Positions 29,416 through 39,640 of a stretch of 64,000 nucleotides of DNA are shown here, one piece after another. Origin of the DNA: Candidatus Aenigmatarchaeota archaeon (GTDB taxonomy: Archaea > Aenigmatarchaeota > Aenigmatarchaeia > CG10238-14 > SCSR01); the NCBI GenBank assembly GCA_038999725.1, contig JAWBWS010000003.1:52565-116564 (forward strand), in the 5' to 3' direction. The notes beneath the pieces are model-generated. The model did not search any database, had not been told where the DNA came from, and was given only the letters and a program-made list of their open reading frames with translations. Position 1 is the stretch's first letter; each line of letters starts with the position of its first letter. Made by a program: the position numbers and the translations under genes.

Positions 29416-29805
29416 CTATGTTGGCTTGGCCGCATAGAACTTGCTTCCTCTGGTAGCACCTATTCCTGGGGCAGAATGCTTCACCCTTTTTATTGGAATG
29501 GAAAATTCACCAAGTCTGTGACCAACCATTTCTGGAGTGATGTAAACACTCACCCACTCTTTACCATTGTAAACACCAAGCTTGGCACCAATCATCTGAG
29601 GCAAAATTATCATATCCCTCAGATGGGTCTTGTGGAAACCATCTGGATTTTTCTTTATTTCTTCCAAAAGCTTTTTTTGATTTTCTTGCAAACCCCTTTT
29701 AAGGGTTCTTCTTTCTTTTGCAGTTAGCAACTTGGCAAATTCTTCTATACTCATCTGTTTGAGTTCTTCTAAAGTTTTGCCCCTGAAAGTGAAAACCTTT
29801 GCCAT
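29416..29805 (-). CDS. rps19: Ribosomal protein uS19
   Basis: KTHLRDMII.P, VYNGK, GHRLGEF, GATRGS. Confidence 0.97.
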   Translation of the reverse strand: MAKVFTFRGKTLEELKQMSIEEFAKLLTAKERRTLKRGLQENQKKLLEEIKKNPDGFHKTHLRDMIILPQMIGAKLGVYNGKEWVSVYITPEMVGHRLGEFSIPIKRVKHSAPGIGATRGSKFYAAKPT

Positions 29806-29806
29806 C

Positions 29807-30511
29807 CTAACCACCCTTTTTCCTTCCCATCCTCTTTGGACTGATTGAACCAACCTTTGCTCCTGGTGGTGTTGAACGCTTCACAGCTTTTGAAGGTCTC
29901 GGCCTCTTACTCTTCCCACCATAAGGATGATCTGTTGGAGTCATGGCAACTCCCGCAGTTCTTGGGTAAAGTTTACCTCTTGCCATCATAGCATGCAACT
30001 TCTTACCAGCTTTAATCCAAGGCTTCTCAACCCTCCCACTCCCTGCAGGCACGCCAATGGTTGCTCTGCATTCACCAGGTAGTTCAACAATCTTTCCAGA
30101 TGGGAATTGAATTTTAACCTTACCTCCAACTTTACCAATAACAAGTGCAAAAGTCCCACTAGCTCTACAAAGCTTTGGTCCAGATCCGGGATAAGTTTCC
30201 ACACAAAAAATTTTTGTTCCTTCAGGAATTTGAGATAGGGGTAAAACATTTCCAACCAAAGGCTCGCCACCATAGGTTATAACATCGCCTGCTTTCAAAC
30301 CTTCTGGTGCCACATGCAGCACTTCTTTTCCATCTTCAAATTTTACTATTGCCACGGGGGCACTTCTCCCAGGGTCATGAACTATATCTTCAACTTTACC
30401 ACTTATTCCCATAATAGGCAAATACTCAACTCTACCTAAATACCTGTGGCTTGGTGCTCTATACCTTGGACCACCTTTTCCTCTAGCTCTTGGAATTATT
30501 CTTTTCCCCAT
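29807..30511 (-). CDS. rpl2: Ribosomal protein uL2
   Basis: HDPGRSAP, RASG, GVAM...DHPYGG, PPG.KVG. Confidence 0.97.
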   Translation of the reverse strand: MGKRIIPRARGKGGPRYRAPSHRYLGRVEYLPIMGISGKVEDIVHDPGRSAPVAIVKFEDGKEVLHVAPEGLKAGDVITYGGEPLVGNVLPLSQIPEGTKIFCVETYPGSGPKLCRASGTFALVIGKVGGKVKIQFPSGKIVELPGECRATIGVPAGSGRVEKPWIKAGKKLHAMMARGKLYPRTAGVAMTPTDHPYGGKSKRPRPSKAVKRSTPPGAKVGSISPKRMGRKKGG

Positions 30512-30600
30512 TTCGACACCGGTATTAATTAATTATGATTTGAATAAAATGAATTTTTAATATTTTTAAAGATTTGTGCCAACTGAAATTAAAAACAAGA

Positions 30601-30861
30601 TTAAACAATTCCAAGTTTTGTTGCCACATCCCTAGCCTTAAATTCTGGTTTAAGTTTGATGTAGGCCTTTTTCTCACCTTTGAAAGTTATTTCTGTGTTC
30701 ACCTTTTCAACTTTCACCTCAAACAATTTCTCGAAGGCTTCTTTTATTTGTTTTTTATTCGCTTTCCTATCAACAATAAAAACTATTTTATTCTCCTTAT
30801 CAATCATTCCCACAGACTTTTCTGTTGTATAAGGATACTTCAAAATCTTGTAAGGATCCAT
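30601..30861 (-). CDS. rpl23: Ribosomal protein uL23
   Basis: TEKS, F.V...ANK, KVNT, KKAYIKL. Confidence 0.97.
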   Translation of the reverse strand: MDPYKILKYPYTTEKSVGMIDKENKIVFIVDRKANKKQIKEAFEKLFEVKVEKVNTEITFKGEKKAYIKLKPEFKARDVATKLGIV

Positions 30862-31641
30862 CTACCTTTCCCCCAATTTTTCTATTGCAGATTTTGACCA
30901 GATTGTGAGCCTTCCAGGCACACCACCAGGAGCAAGGATTTCTACATTCAAATTTTGAACCAAACAAACATCCAGTCTCAAGTTCTTTGCAGCCTTGGTT
31001 ATACCTTTGTCCTCACTCACGATTATAAGAGGACCAACCTTTTTCTTATATCTTTTACCTTTTATCTTCTTTTCTTTTATTCTCTTCAATTCTTCTTCAA
31101 GCCCGACTTCCTTCAAGAATTTCAGCAATTCTTTACTTTTCTTTACTTCTTGAATTTTATCTTCAACAACTAAAGGCAACTCTTTTAATTTCTCAATCTT
31201 GTGTCCTCTTTTCAGAACAATTTCTTTCATCGCAGTTGCTGCTATAGCAGATTTTATCGCCTTCTTCCTCTCCTTTTCATTTATTTTTTGTTCCCAAATC
31301 TTCTCAACTTTTGGTGGGTGTGCTTCTCTTCCTTTAACAGCTTGAGGCACAAATCTAGCTCTAAACATTTGTTGCAAAGGAATTTTCCCATGTAAGCGAG
31401 GCATTCTTGCCATTTCTCTTGACATCATCGTCCAGCGATGTCTTCTGTACCCATGGTAATGAGCAGATGTTCTTTTTCCAGCCATGACATCAGTACCATA
31501 AGCTTGACGCTTGTTGGCTTGTATGGCTAAGAAAGCTCTTCTTATCAAATCTTCTCTCAAAGGCTCTTGAAAAACTTTTGGCAACTCCACTTCACCCACC
31601 ATTTTTCCTTGTAAGTCAAACAAGCCAGCTTTCATTTCCAA
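30862..31641 (-). CDS. rpl4: Ribosomal protein uL4
   Basis: R.DLIRRA, AGKRTSA, GREAHPPK, LAPGG.PGRLT. Confidence 0.97.
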   Translation of the reverse strand: MEMKAGLFDLQGKMVGEVELPKVFQEPLREDLIRRAFLAIQANKRQAYGTDVMAGKRTSAHYHGYRRHRWTMMSREMARMPRLHGKIPLQQMFRARFVPQAVKGREAHPPKVEKIWEQKINEKERKKAIKSAIAATAMKEIVLKRGHKIEKLKELPLVVEDKIQEVKKSKELLKFLKEVGLEEELKRIKEKKIKGKRYKKKVGPLIIVSEDKGITKAAKNLRLDVCLVQNLNVEILAPGGVPGRLTIWSKSAIEKLGER

Positions 31642-32613
31642 TCACTTCAATATTTCTTTTATTTCTGGTATAAGAAATCTTGCTTTTGGAGGCCTTATTC
31701 CTGCTCTCAATCTTATGAGCCTCTTATTTGGTCCAGGGACGGAGCCTTCCAAGAGCAAGTAATTGCTCTTGATAACACCATAATTTTTAAAACCGCCTTT
31801 AGGGTTGACTTCTTCTCCATTTTCACCAATCTTCAAAATCCTTTTATTGAATTCTGTTCTTGTTTGAAAACCGAGCTGGCCAGCCATTGGGACTGTATAC
31901 CTAACTTTTCCAGGCTGTTCTTGACCCAAAGTTCCAACATGTCTTCTCTTTTCTTTCGCATGTCTAGATTGGATAAAAACACCAAACCTTTTAACAGGGC
32001 CAGCAGTTCCTTTTCCTTTAGTTACTGCTATAACATCAACATACTCACCTTGTCTAAAAACATCAGAAACTTTTAACTCCTTTCCTAAAATTTGCTTGGC
32101 AAACTCAAATTTTTCTCTAATTTCTTTACCACCAACTTCAATTTCAAAAACTTCAGGCTTTTTCTTACCAAGACCGGAAGTTTTGGGTTGGGTGGCAACA
32201 ATAAGTCTAATCTTGGAAATCTTATCTAAGTTTTTTTCTATTTCATTGAGATTTTCTTCATTTGGCCTAACTTTGGTTTTTCTCTCTATTTCTTTTGGCA
32301 AATTTTTCATCCAAGCTTCTGTCAACACTTGAAGGCCCTTTCTTGTGAGTTTGTAAGCTCTTATTCCAACTACTTTTAAAGGCGGACATTCCAACACAGT
32401 TGCTGGGACTGCAATTTCTTGACCAAAGGTGGGAGAACTTTTAACATTGTCTATCAAAATCACGGTAGTCATCCCAGCCTTATAACCAGCAAAATCTAAG
32501 AGCTTTGGTTTTTCTGTTTCCGGATAGGTAGAAACAGTTGGATAAATCCTCTTAGCTCTCTTCCTAGGATAAAATTGAAGCGAGCCTTTTCTTGGTCTTT
32601 TTACAGCCGGCAT
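31642..32613 (-). CDS. rpl3: Ribosomal protein uL3
   Basis: PRKGSL.F.PRKR, YKAGMT, TKGKG, GSVPGP. Confidence 0.97.
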   Translation of the reverse strand: MPAVKRPRKGSLQFYPRKRAKRIYPTVSTYPETEKPKLLDFAGYKAGMTTVILIDNVKSSPTFGQEIAVPATVLECPPLKVVGIRAYKLTRKGLQVLTEAWMKNLPKEIERKTKVRPNEENLNEIEKNLDKISKIRLIVATQPKTSGLGKKKPEVFEIEVGGKEIREKFEFAKQILGKELKVSDVFRQGEYVDVIAVTKGKGTAGPVKRFGVFIQSRHAKEKRRHVGTLGQEQPGKVRYTVPMAGQLGFQTRTEFNKRILKIGENGEEVNPKGGFKNYGVIKSNYLLLEGSVPGPNKRLIRLRAGIRPPKARFLIPEIKEILK

Positions 32614-32687
32614 TTTTCATTCCCTGAAATAATGATTAGAAATGGAATAAATAAAAAGGTTTAAGGATTGGGTCAGAATAAATAATT

Positions 32688-33197
32688 ATGGAAGAAAAGC
32701 CTTGTGTTTTTTGCCAGATTGTTGCTAAGCAAATTCCTGCAAGAATTGTTTATGAAGATGAGGATTTTATGGCATTTTTAGATATAAGGCCGCTAAACCC
32801 TGGGCACACTTTACTGATTCCAAAGAAACACTATCGTTGGGTTTACAATGTTGAAAAATTTGAAGAAATGTGGAAAGCTGTGAAGAAAGTAACTTCTGCA
32901 ATCATTTCGGCTTTAAATCCGCTTTCAGTTTCTTACGCAACTTTGGGTTTTGAAGTTCCACATGCCCACATCTGGATCATACCAAGGTTTGAAAATGATG
33001 GACATGGTGGAGCAATAGATTGGAGTGCTGTGAAAGAAATTCCCCCACAACAAATGGATGAGATTGCTAAAAAAATAAGGGAAAAAATTCCAGAGGAACC
33101 GAAGAAAGTGGAAGAGAAAGTGGAAGAGAAAAAAGAAGAAAAAGAGAGAAGCGAAGAAGAAATATGGTTGATAAGGAGGGAACTGGAAATTACTTGA
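32688..33197 (+). CDS. HIT-family nucleotide hydrolase
   Basis: CVFC, FLDIRP..PGH, VPHAHIW. Confidence 0.92.
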   Translation: MEEKPCVFCQIVAKQIPARIVYEDEDFMAFLDIRPLNPGHTLLIPKKHYRWVYNVEKFEEMWKAVKKVTSAIISALNPLSVSYATLGFEVPHAHIWIIPRFENDGHGGAIDWSAVKEIPPQQMDEIAKKIREKIPEEPKKVEEKVEEKKEEKERSEEEIWLIRRELEIT

Positions 33198-33309
33198 TTT
33201 CAAATCGAAGCAGAAGCTAAATATAAATCATTTTCAAAACACATTTGGCGTCAATTTCATTTGAAACATGAAGACAATAAATAATTTAAAAAGCATTTTG
33301 AATATTAAT

Positions 33310-33399
33310 GCGCCAGTGGTCCAGCCTGGTCTAAGACCCGAGCCTTCCAAGCTCGAGACGGGGGTTCAAAAGGTAAACCTGAAATTCCCCCCTGGCGCA
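33310..33399 (+). tRNA. tRNA-Gly(TCC) with a 15-nt intron in the T-loop (33371-33385)
   Basis: Acceptor stem GCGCCAG/CTGGCGC; anticodon arm CGAGC-CTTCCAA-GCTCG; T-arm interrupted by a BHB motif. Confidence 0.93.
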
Positions 33400-33429
33400 T
33401 GTTTTTGTTGATATCCTTAAATAGAGAAA

Positions 33430-34149
33430 TTAAAAAGGGTTGATTTTTAATTTTTTTAATCTTCTTGCCACATGAGGATAAATTATGAGAGTTTCAAATT
33501 CAATTTTCTTTGGCAAACTTTCATCTATTTCTTTCAATTTTCTCTTGAGAAAGTCAATGTTTTTCTTATCCACAAGATCAATTAAAACAGCTGGATGGCA
33601 AGGAATTTGATGGGTAATACAATATTCCAGAGCCTTAAGCTGAAGGTTGAAAGCTTCAGGCTTTGCTCCAGTTAGCTTTGAAAATTCCTCTTCATCACAA
33701 CCTTTTAAAGAAATCCTGACATACAAATTTTCAAATTTCTTAAGCTCTTTCACATAACCCTCATCACTTCCAAGCAAAATACCATTCGTCTCAAGAATGA
33801 AAGTTAAGTTTTTTGGAATTTTCTCCAACACAGAAATTAAATGCTCTCTTGAGATTGTTGGCTCATTCCCTGTTATCCTCACTTGTTTAAACCCAAATTT
33901 TCTAGCAATTTCAACAAGCTTTGAGGCAACTTCTTCTGGAGAATAGAATTTTCCAATTTTCCCCTCCCTTACCAAATCATTGCTCCAGCAATAAACACAA
34001 CGCAAATTACAACCACAAACATCAGCACTGCTACACCCCAAATAAAAACGTGCTGGTCTAAACCGGTAATATTTTCTATAAACTTTTCCCCCTCTCCTCC
34101 TTGCTACTTTCCTTTCAACATTTTTTGATAACTCAAGTGGATTGTACAC
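33430..34149 (-). CDS. Radical SAM protein (COG5014-like)
   Basis: CNLRCVYC, GNEP, ETNG, RISLKG. Confidence 0.88.
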   Translation of the reverse strand: MYNPLELSKNVERKVARRRGGKVYRKYYRFRPARFYLGCSSADVCGCNLRCVYCWSNDLVREGKIGKFYSPEEVASKLVEIARKFGFKQVRITGNEPTISREHLISVLEKIPKNLTFILETNGILLGSDEGYVKELKKFENLYVRISLKGCDEEEFSKLTGAKPEAFNLQLKALEYCITHQIPCHPAVLIDLVDKKNIDFLKRKLKEIDESLPKKIEFETLIIYPHVARRLKKLKINPF

Positions 34150-34224
34150 GAAATAATCTTAAAAAGGAGAAAATTTAATCTTTTTAAATCAAATATTCTT
34201 TAAACTATTGTATAAGGTGGTAAC

Positions 34225-34611
34225 TTGAACAAAGACAATTTGGCGGACGCTTTAGTGGCAATAAAGAATGCTGAGAGGGTTGGGAAAAAGGAATGTGTTA
34301 TACCTGCCTCTAAACTTATAAAAGCTGTTTTGAACATTTTGCGGGAAAAGAATTACATAGGCTCTTTTGAGTTCATAGATGATGGGAAATCAGGGAAATT
34401 CAGGGTAGAGCTCAAAGGTAAAATAATAGATTGTAACGCAATTAAACCAAGATTTTCTGTAAGGGTAGACGAGTTTGAAAAATTTGAGAAAAGATTTTTA
34501 CCTGCGAGAGACATGGGCATGTTGATAGTCTCAACTCCAAAAGGAGTAGTTGACCACAAAAAGGCAAAAGAGATGAGGAGTGGTGGAAAACTTCTGGCTT
34601 ATTGCTATTAG
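34225..34611 (+). CDS. rps8: Ribosomal protein uS8
   Basis: [31 protein letters not shown]. Confidence 0.97.
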   Translation: MNKDNLADALVAIKNAERVGKKECVIPASKLIKAVLNILREKNYIGSFEFIDDGKSGKFRVELKGKIIDCNAIKPRFSVRVDEFEKFEKRFLPARDMGMLIVSTPKGVVDHKKAKEMRSGGKLLAYCY

Positions 34612-34619
34612 TGATTTTT

Positions 34620-35141
34620 ATGATTTCGGTTGAGGTGAAAATCCCGGAAAACGTGAAAGTTGAAGTTGAAGGGTCGAAAGTGAAAGTTTCTGGGGAGAAA
34701 GGAGAGCTTGAAAGAAGTTTCCCTGAGAAAGGAATAAGAATTGAATTGGTTGAGGGGAAAATAGTTGTTTCTTCAGAATCGGATAGAAAGCGCTTCAGGG
34801 CTTTGGTTGGGACAATCTCCGCTCACATAAGGAATATGATAGAAGGGGTTACAAAAGGCTTCACTTACAAGCTCAGAGTTGTTTATTCTCATTTTCCAAT
34901 AACAGTTAAAGTTGAGGGTGAAAAAGTTTTAATTCACAATTTTTTGGGTGAGCGTGTACCAAGAGTTGCAAAAATTGTTGGTAAAACTCAAGTTAAAGTG
35001 GAAGGTCAAGAAATTACAGTCTCGGGAATAAATTTGGAGGAGGTTGGCCAAACCGCAGCCAACATAGAGCAAGCTACAAGAATCGTGGGTTATGATAGAA
35101 GAAGGTTTATGGATGGTATTTTTTTAGTGAGTCGTGAATAA
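34620..35141 (+). CDS. rpl6: Ribosomal protein uL6
   Basis: NMIEGVTKGF, YSHFP, NFLGE, VGQTAANIEQ, DRRRF.DGI. Confidence 0.97.
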   Translation: MISVEVKIPENVKVEVEGSKVKVSGEKGELERSFPEKGIRIELVEGKIVVSSESDRKRFRALVGTISAHIRNMIEGVTKGFTYKLRVVYSHFPITVKVEGEKVLIHNFLGERVPRVAKIVGKTQVKVEGQEITVSGINLEEVGQTAANIEQATRIVGYDRRRFMDGIFLVSRE

Positions 35142-35233
35142 AATCTTCATCAAAATGTGTTTATGAGCCAGTTATAAGCGAAAGGGACTAATTTAATTTA
35201 ATTTTTAACTCTAATTTTTTACTTAGTGATGGA

Positions 35234-35689
35234 TTGAGGGCAAGGTTCCCTACAGTTGACATAATAATTGAAAAAGGTAGTAAGATTGTTTTGATTAAGA
35301 GAAAGAAAGAACCTTTTAAAGACAAGTGGGTCTTACCTGGTGGCCATGTTGAAGAAAATGAAACTGTAGAAGAGGCTGCAATTAGGGAAGCTAAAGAAGA
35401 AACTTCTCTTGATGTTAAGCTAAAGGGAATTCTTGGTGTTTATTCTGATCCTAAGAGAGACCCGAGATATCTGACCATCTCAACTGTTTTTATAGTTAAG
35501 CCATTGAGTAAAAAAATTAAAGCTGGCTCTGATGCTGCAAAAGTGGAGTGGATTGATGTGAGGAAAATTGATTGGAATAATCTTGGTTTTGATCACTTAA
35601 AAATTTTAAAGGATTACTTAAAATATAAGTATAGGAAAGGGACTTATTGGTCTAAAAAGTGGGATCATGAACCCAAGAAAAAAACCTGA
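35234..35689 (+). CDS. Nudix hydrolase (ADP-ribose pyrophosphatase-like)
   Basis: Nudix box GGHVEENETVEEAAIREAKEET; YSDP.RDPR; AGSDA; GFDH. Confidence 0.92.
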   Translation: MRARFPTVDIIIEKGSKIVLIKRKKEPFKDKWVLPGGHVEENETVEEAAIREAKEETSLDVKLKGILGVYSDPKRDPRYLTISTVFIVKPLSKKIKAGSDAAKVEWIDVRKIDWNNLGFDHLKILKDYLKYKYRKGTYWSKKWDHEPKKKT

Positions 35690-36005
35690 ATTCAAGAGAT
35701 GGATGAGTGAAAGTTTGAAAAGGCTTAAGCCAAGCTGGAGAAGACCAAGAGGAATGCACAGCAAGATAAGGATAAGAAAAAAAGGAAAGCCCAAGATGCC
35801 AAGCATTGGCTATGGTGCACCAAAAAGTTTAAGATTTCTCCATCCTTCAGGCTTTCAAGAGGTTTTGGTTTCAAACTTGAAAGATTTGGAAAAAGTTAAT
35901 CCTAGCAAGCAAGCCATAAGAATTGCTCATACGGTTGGGAGGAAAAAAAGACAAGAAATCCTGAAGAAGGCTGAAGAGCTGAAGATAAAAGTTTTGAATC
36001 CCTAA
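35667..36005 (+). CDS. rpl32e: Ribosomal protein eL32
   Basis: WRRPRG.HSK.R, IGYG, LHPSG, VLNP. Confidence 0.96.
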   Translation: MNPRKKPEFKRWMSESLKRLKPSWRRPRGMHSKIRIRKKGKPKMPSIGYGAPKSLRFLHPSGFQEVLVSNLKDLEKVNPSKQAIRIAHTVGRKKRQEILKKAEELKIKVLNP

Positions 36006-36191
36006 TTTTTTCTTTTGAATCATAAAGAATAGATAAGGCCAGGATTGCTTTAAAGTGATTATTTAAAAATAACTTTTTAAACAACTTACAATTTCAAATT
36101 GTTTGATTCCCATGGAAATATTGGAAATTTACTTCCCAAAAAAAGGATACAAGAAGACACTAAATTTTCTTTGAAGAAGAATTGAAAAGGA

Positions 36192-37274
36192 ATGAGAAAA
36201 ATGATGAGAAGTGGAGTAGCAGAATTACCTCTTCACTGGGGGAAAGCTCCTAAATGGCTCTTTAATAGGATGGTCAAGCTAGGTAGAACCATTAGTGAAG
36301 TAGTTATCCTTGAATATGGAAGGGATGAATTTTTAAGAAGAATTTCAGACCCATTTTGGTTTCAAGCTTTGGGTTGTGTGATGGGTTGGGATTGGCACAG
36401 CTCAGGCCTGACCACAACTGTCACAGGAGCTTTAAAAGAAGCCAACTTGAAAGAATTTGGAATTGCTGTTCTTGGTGGAAAAGGCAAAGCCAGCAGGAAA
36501 ACTCCTTCTGAGATTGAAGTTGTGGGAGAGGAATTTTCTCTCAGTGATAAAAAAATTGAAGAATTGAAGAAAGCTAGCAAGTTGGTTGCAAAAGTTGATA
36601 ATGTTGCCTTACAAGATGGTTTCCAGCTTTACCATCATGCTTTTCTTGTGACTGAAGAAGGAAAATGGGCAGTGATTCAACAAGGCATGAATCCTGAGAG
36701 CAGATATGCAAGGCGTTACCATTGGCTTTCAGAAAAAGTTAAATCTTTTGTTAGTGAGCCTCATTTAGCAATTTGTTGTGACATTAAAACCCAAGCTCTA
36801 AATATGGTTGCCAAAGAGAGTGAAGAAGCCAGAAAATGCTCTGTAGATTTAGTTAAAGATAATCCCATACATTTGAGAAAATACCTTGTCCCAAACAGAG
36901 AGCAAAAGACGATATTCAAATATTTACAAATGCCCCTAAAGCATGAGATTGAACTCAACAACTACAAAGCTTTACAAGAAGCTTTTGAACAGCAGCCAAA
37001 AGATTATGAGGAACTCTTACAAATCAAAGGAATCGGGCCGAAGACTGTGAGAGCTTTGGCTTTGATAAGTAGTTTGATTTTTGGAGCAGAATTAAGTTGG
37101 CGCGATCCTGTTAAATATTCTTTTGCGCATGGGGGTAAAGATGGGCATCCTTACCCTCTAGACAGAAAGACTTACGATGAATCTATTCAATTGCTTCAAA
37201 ATGCTATTCAACAAGCAAAACTTAACCAAATGGAGAAAATTGAAGCGATAAAAAGATTAAATGTTTTTTATTGA
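36192..37274 (+). CDS. DUF763 family protein (contains an HhH motif)
   Basis: LPLHWG.AP.WL, DWHSSG.TT, QQGM, ARRYHW, GIGPKT, FAHGGKDG. Confidence 0.92.
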   Translation: MRKMMRSGVAELPLHWGKAPKWLFNRMVKLGRTISEVVILEYGRDEFLRRISDPFWFQALGCVMGWDWHSSGLTTTVTGALKEANLKEFGIAVLGGKGKASRKTPSEIEVVGEEFSLSDKKIEELKKASKLVAKVDNVALQDGFQLYHHAFLVTEEGKWAVIQQGMNPESRYARRYHWLSEKVKSFVSEPHLAICCDIKTQALNMVAKESEEARKCSVDLVKDNPIHLRKYLVPNREQKTIFKYLQMPLKHEIELNNYKALQEAFEQQPKDYEELLQIKGIGPKTVRALALISSLIFGAELSWRDPVKYSFAHGGKDGHPYPLDRKTYDESIQLLQNAIQQAKLNQMEKIEAIKRLNVFY

Positions 37275-37457
37275 AATTTTTGAAATATCTTGGTAAAACA
37301 CATTCAGCTCCCATTTCTTCATACACAATGGAAGAACCACCGATGACTTTCATAAGTTGGTTTAAGATTAAAGAATAAAAATTTAACTTTTCAAAAGAAG
37401 GCTTAAAATAATTTAATTATTCAGCTCACTAATATAGTTGTATAGTTGGTAGATGAC

Positions 37458-37880
37458 ATGTCAAACTTGCAGAAAAAGCTTGCAGCCCAGATATTGAAAG
37501 TTGGTGAGAGTAGAGTATGGTTAGACCCGAGTAAGCAGAAAGAGATAGAGGCTGCCATAACAAAAGCCGATGTCAGAAAGCTGATACAAAAAGGCTACAT
37601 CAAAGCCTTGCCAGAAAAAATTCACAAACCAAAAGAAGAAGGAAGGAAGAAAAGGGGACCTGGAAGCAGGAAAGGAGCTAGTGGAGCGATAATGCCGAGA
37701 AAAAGGAGGTGGATCTCAACTGTAAGACCCTTGAGAGAAATGCTTAAAGAGTTGAGAGATGAAGGTAAGATTGATAGAGCAACTTATCATATGCTTTACA
37801 AGTTGGTAAAGGGAGGAATGTTCAGGAGCAGAAGCCACCTGAAAATTTATTTAGAGCAGCATGATTTGATAAAAAGGTGA
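37458..37880 (+). CDS. rpl19e: Ribosomal protein eL19
   Basis: QKKLAA.ILKVG..RVWLDP, GPGSRKG, KGG.F. Confidence 0.96.
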   Translation: MSNLQKKLAAQILKVGESRVWLDPSKQKEIEAAITKADVRKLIQKGYIKALPEKIHKPKEEGRKKRGPGSRKGASGAIMPRKRRWISTVRPLREMLKELRDEGKIDRATYHMLYKLVKGGMFRSRSHLKIYLEQHDLIKR

Positions 37881-37884
37881 TGCT

Positions 37885-38400
37885 GTGAAACTTAGCCCAA
37901 CCTACAAAATGCCTTTTAAGAGGAGAAGGCTTGGCAAAACTGATTACAGAAGAAGGTTAAAGCTTCTGTTGAGTAAAAAACCAAGGCTTGTTGTGAGGAG
38001 AAGCTTGAAATACATACTTGCTCAAATAGTTGAATTCTCCCCAAAGGGGGATAAAACTTTGGTATCAGCAAGCTCAAAGGAACTGAAAAAACTTGGATGG
38101 AACTTTGCTTGCGATAATTTACCAGCAGCCTATTTAACAGGCTTGTTGATAGGTAAGAGGTCCTTGGCAAAGGGAATAAAAAATGCTGTTTTAGATTCTG
38201 GTCTTTATTCTTCAACAAAAGGCAACAGAATTTTTGCTGTTGTGAAAGGGGCGAGAGACGCTGGTCTTGAAGTTCCTGTTAGTGAAGAGGTTCTCCCAAG
38301 TGAAGAAAGGATAAAGGGTTTGCATATAGCAAGCTATTTGGAGAGATTCAAATCCATGCCAGAAAAATTTGAAGAGATAAAAAATAAGATTGGTGGTTGA
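37885..38400 (+). CDS. rpl18: Ribosomal protein uL18
   Basis: RRR.GKTDY..R, RLVVR, NLPAAYLTG. Confidence 0.96.
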   Translation: MKLSPTYKMPFKRRRLGKTDYRRRLKLLLSKKPRLVVRRSLKYILAQIVEFSPKGDKTLVSASSKELKKLGWNFACDNLPAAYLTGLLIGKRSLAKGIKNAVLDSGLYSSTKGNRIFAVVKGARDAGLEVPVSEEVLPSEERIKGLHIASYLERFKSMPEKFEEIKNKIGG

Positions 38401-39177
38401 ATGGCAGAAGAGGAGAAGAATGAAGAAATAGTGAAAGAGGAAGAGGCACCGAAAGAAGAGGAGAGAAAGATAGAAAAAATACCAACAGAAGAGGAAGTTC
38501 CTACAGGAGAAGAAGTTAAGCTTGTTGTACCAACTCCCCTTGAAAAATGGGTACCAAGAACAAGCTTAGGAAAAGAAGTTTTTGAGGGCAAGATCACAAA
38601 TATAGAAGAAATTTTTAAGGCGGGCAAGATTATAAGAGAACCAGAAATTATAGATAAACTTCTACCCAATCTTAAGAGTGAGATAATCTTGATAGGCAGG
38701 AGGACAGGAAAGGGAGGGGGAGCTCAAAGAATCCCTATCAGGATAACAGCAACGATGCATAAATCTGGAAGAAGGTTTAAGGCTTCTGCTTTTTCTGTTG
38801 TCGGGAATGAAGATGGTATTGTTGGTGTGGGAAAGGGGGCGGCACCAGAACCCAGAGATGCAATAGCAAAGGCTATTCAGAGAGCCAAACTGAATTTAAT
38901 AAAAATTAAGCGTGGATGTGGAAGTTGGGAATGTGGTTGTGGAGAAGAGCATTCTATCCCCTTCAAAGTTGAGGGGAAAAGTGGTTCTGTTAGAGTTGTG
39001 CTCATGCCTGCACCAAAGGGTGTTGGTATTGTTGCCGATGATGAATCCAAAAAGATTTTAAGGCTTGCTGGTATAAAGGATGTGTGGGTTAAGACTTTTG
39101 GGAATACAAGCATGAGAATAAATCTTATAACTGCAATTTACAATGCCCTTAAGAATCTTTACATCTACGAGAGGTGA
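38401..39177 (+). CDS. rps5: Ribosomal protein uS5
   Basis: WVPRT.LG, RGCGSWE, PAPKGVG, LAGIKDVW. Confidence 0.96.
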   Translation: MAEEEKNEEIVKEEEAPKEEERKIEKIPTEEEVPTGEEVKLVVPTPLEKWVPRTSLGKEVFEGKITNIEEIFKAGKIIREPEIIDKLLPNLKSEIILIGRRTGKGGGAQRIPIRITATMHKSGRRFKASAFSVVGNEDGIVGVGKGAAPEPRDAIAKAIQRAKLNLIKIKRGCGSWECGCGEEHSIPFKVEGKSGSVRVVLMPAPKGVGIVADDESKKILRLAGIKDVWVKTFGNTSMRINLITAIYNALKNLYIYER

Positions 39178-39638
39178 AGCAAGTGTTTGCTGTCATCAGG
39201 ATAAGGGGGGAGGCAGGATTGAGAAAAGAGGTTAGAGATACTTTGCAAATGCTTCGTTTAAAAGCTCCAAACAATTGTGTTCTCATACCAGAAACAGAAA
39301 GTTATAAGGGTATGTTGCAAAAGTGCAAAGACGTGTGCACGTGGGGAGAAATAGAAAAGAGTACTTTAATAAAACTCTTGCAGAAAAGGTTGAGAGCAGA
39401 AGGGGATAAAAGGGTTGATGAAAAGCTGCTTAAAGAAATCACAAACTTCAACTCTTTTGAGGAATTTGCTGATGCTTTGCTTTCAGGTAGAGTAAAATTG
39501 AAAGATTTCAAGCTTAAACCTGTCTTCAGGCTTACACCACCTAGCAAAGGCTTCAAGTCTGTGAAAGATGCTTGGCCAAAGGGTGATTTAGGCTATAGGG
39601 GGAAAGAAATAAATGAGTTGATAGAGAGGATGATTTGA
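39174..39638 (+). CDS. rpl30: Ribosomal protein uL30
   Basis: TLQML.L, TWGE, FRL.PP.KG, GYRG..IN.L..RM. Confidence 0.96.
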   Translation: MKQVFAVIRIRGEAGLRKEVRDTLQMLRLKAPNNCVLIPETESYKGMLQKCKDVCTWGEIEKSTLIKLLQKRLRAEGDKRVDEKLLKEITNFNSFEEFADALLSGRVKLKDFKLKPVFRLTPPSKGFKSVKDAWPKGDLGYRGKEINELIERMI

Positions 39639-39640
39639 AC

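Noticed and set aside
37275..37445. Possible ncRNA or ORF between DUF763 and L19e
   Set aside because: No convincing structure or motif; it probably holds the L19e promoter
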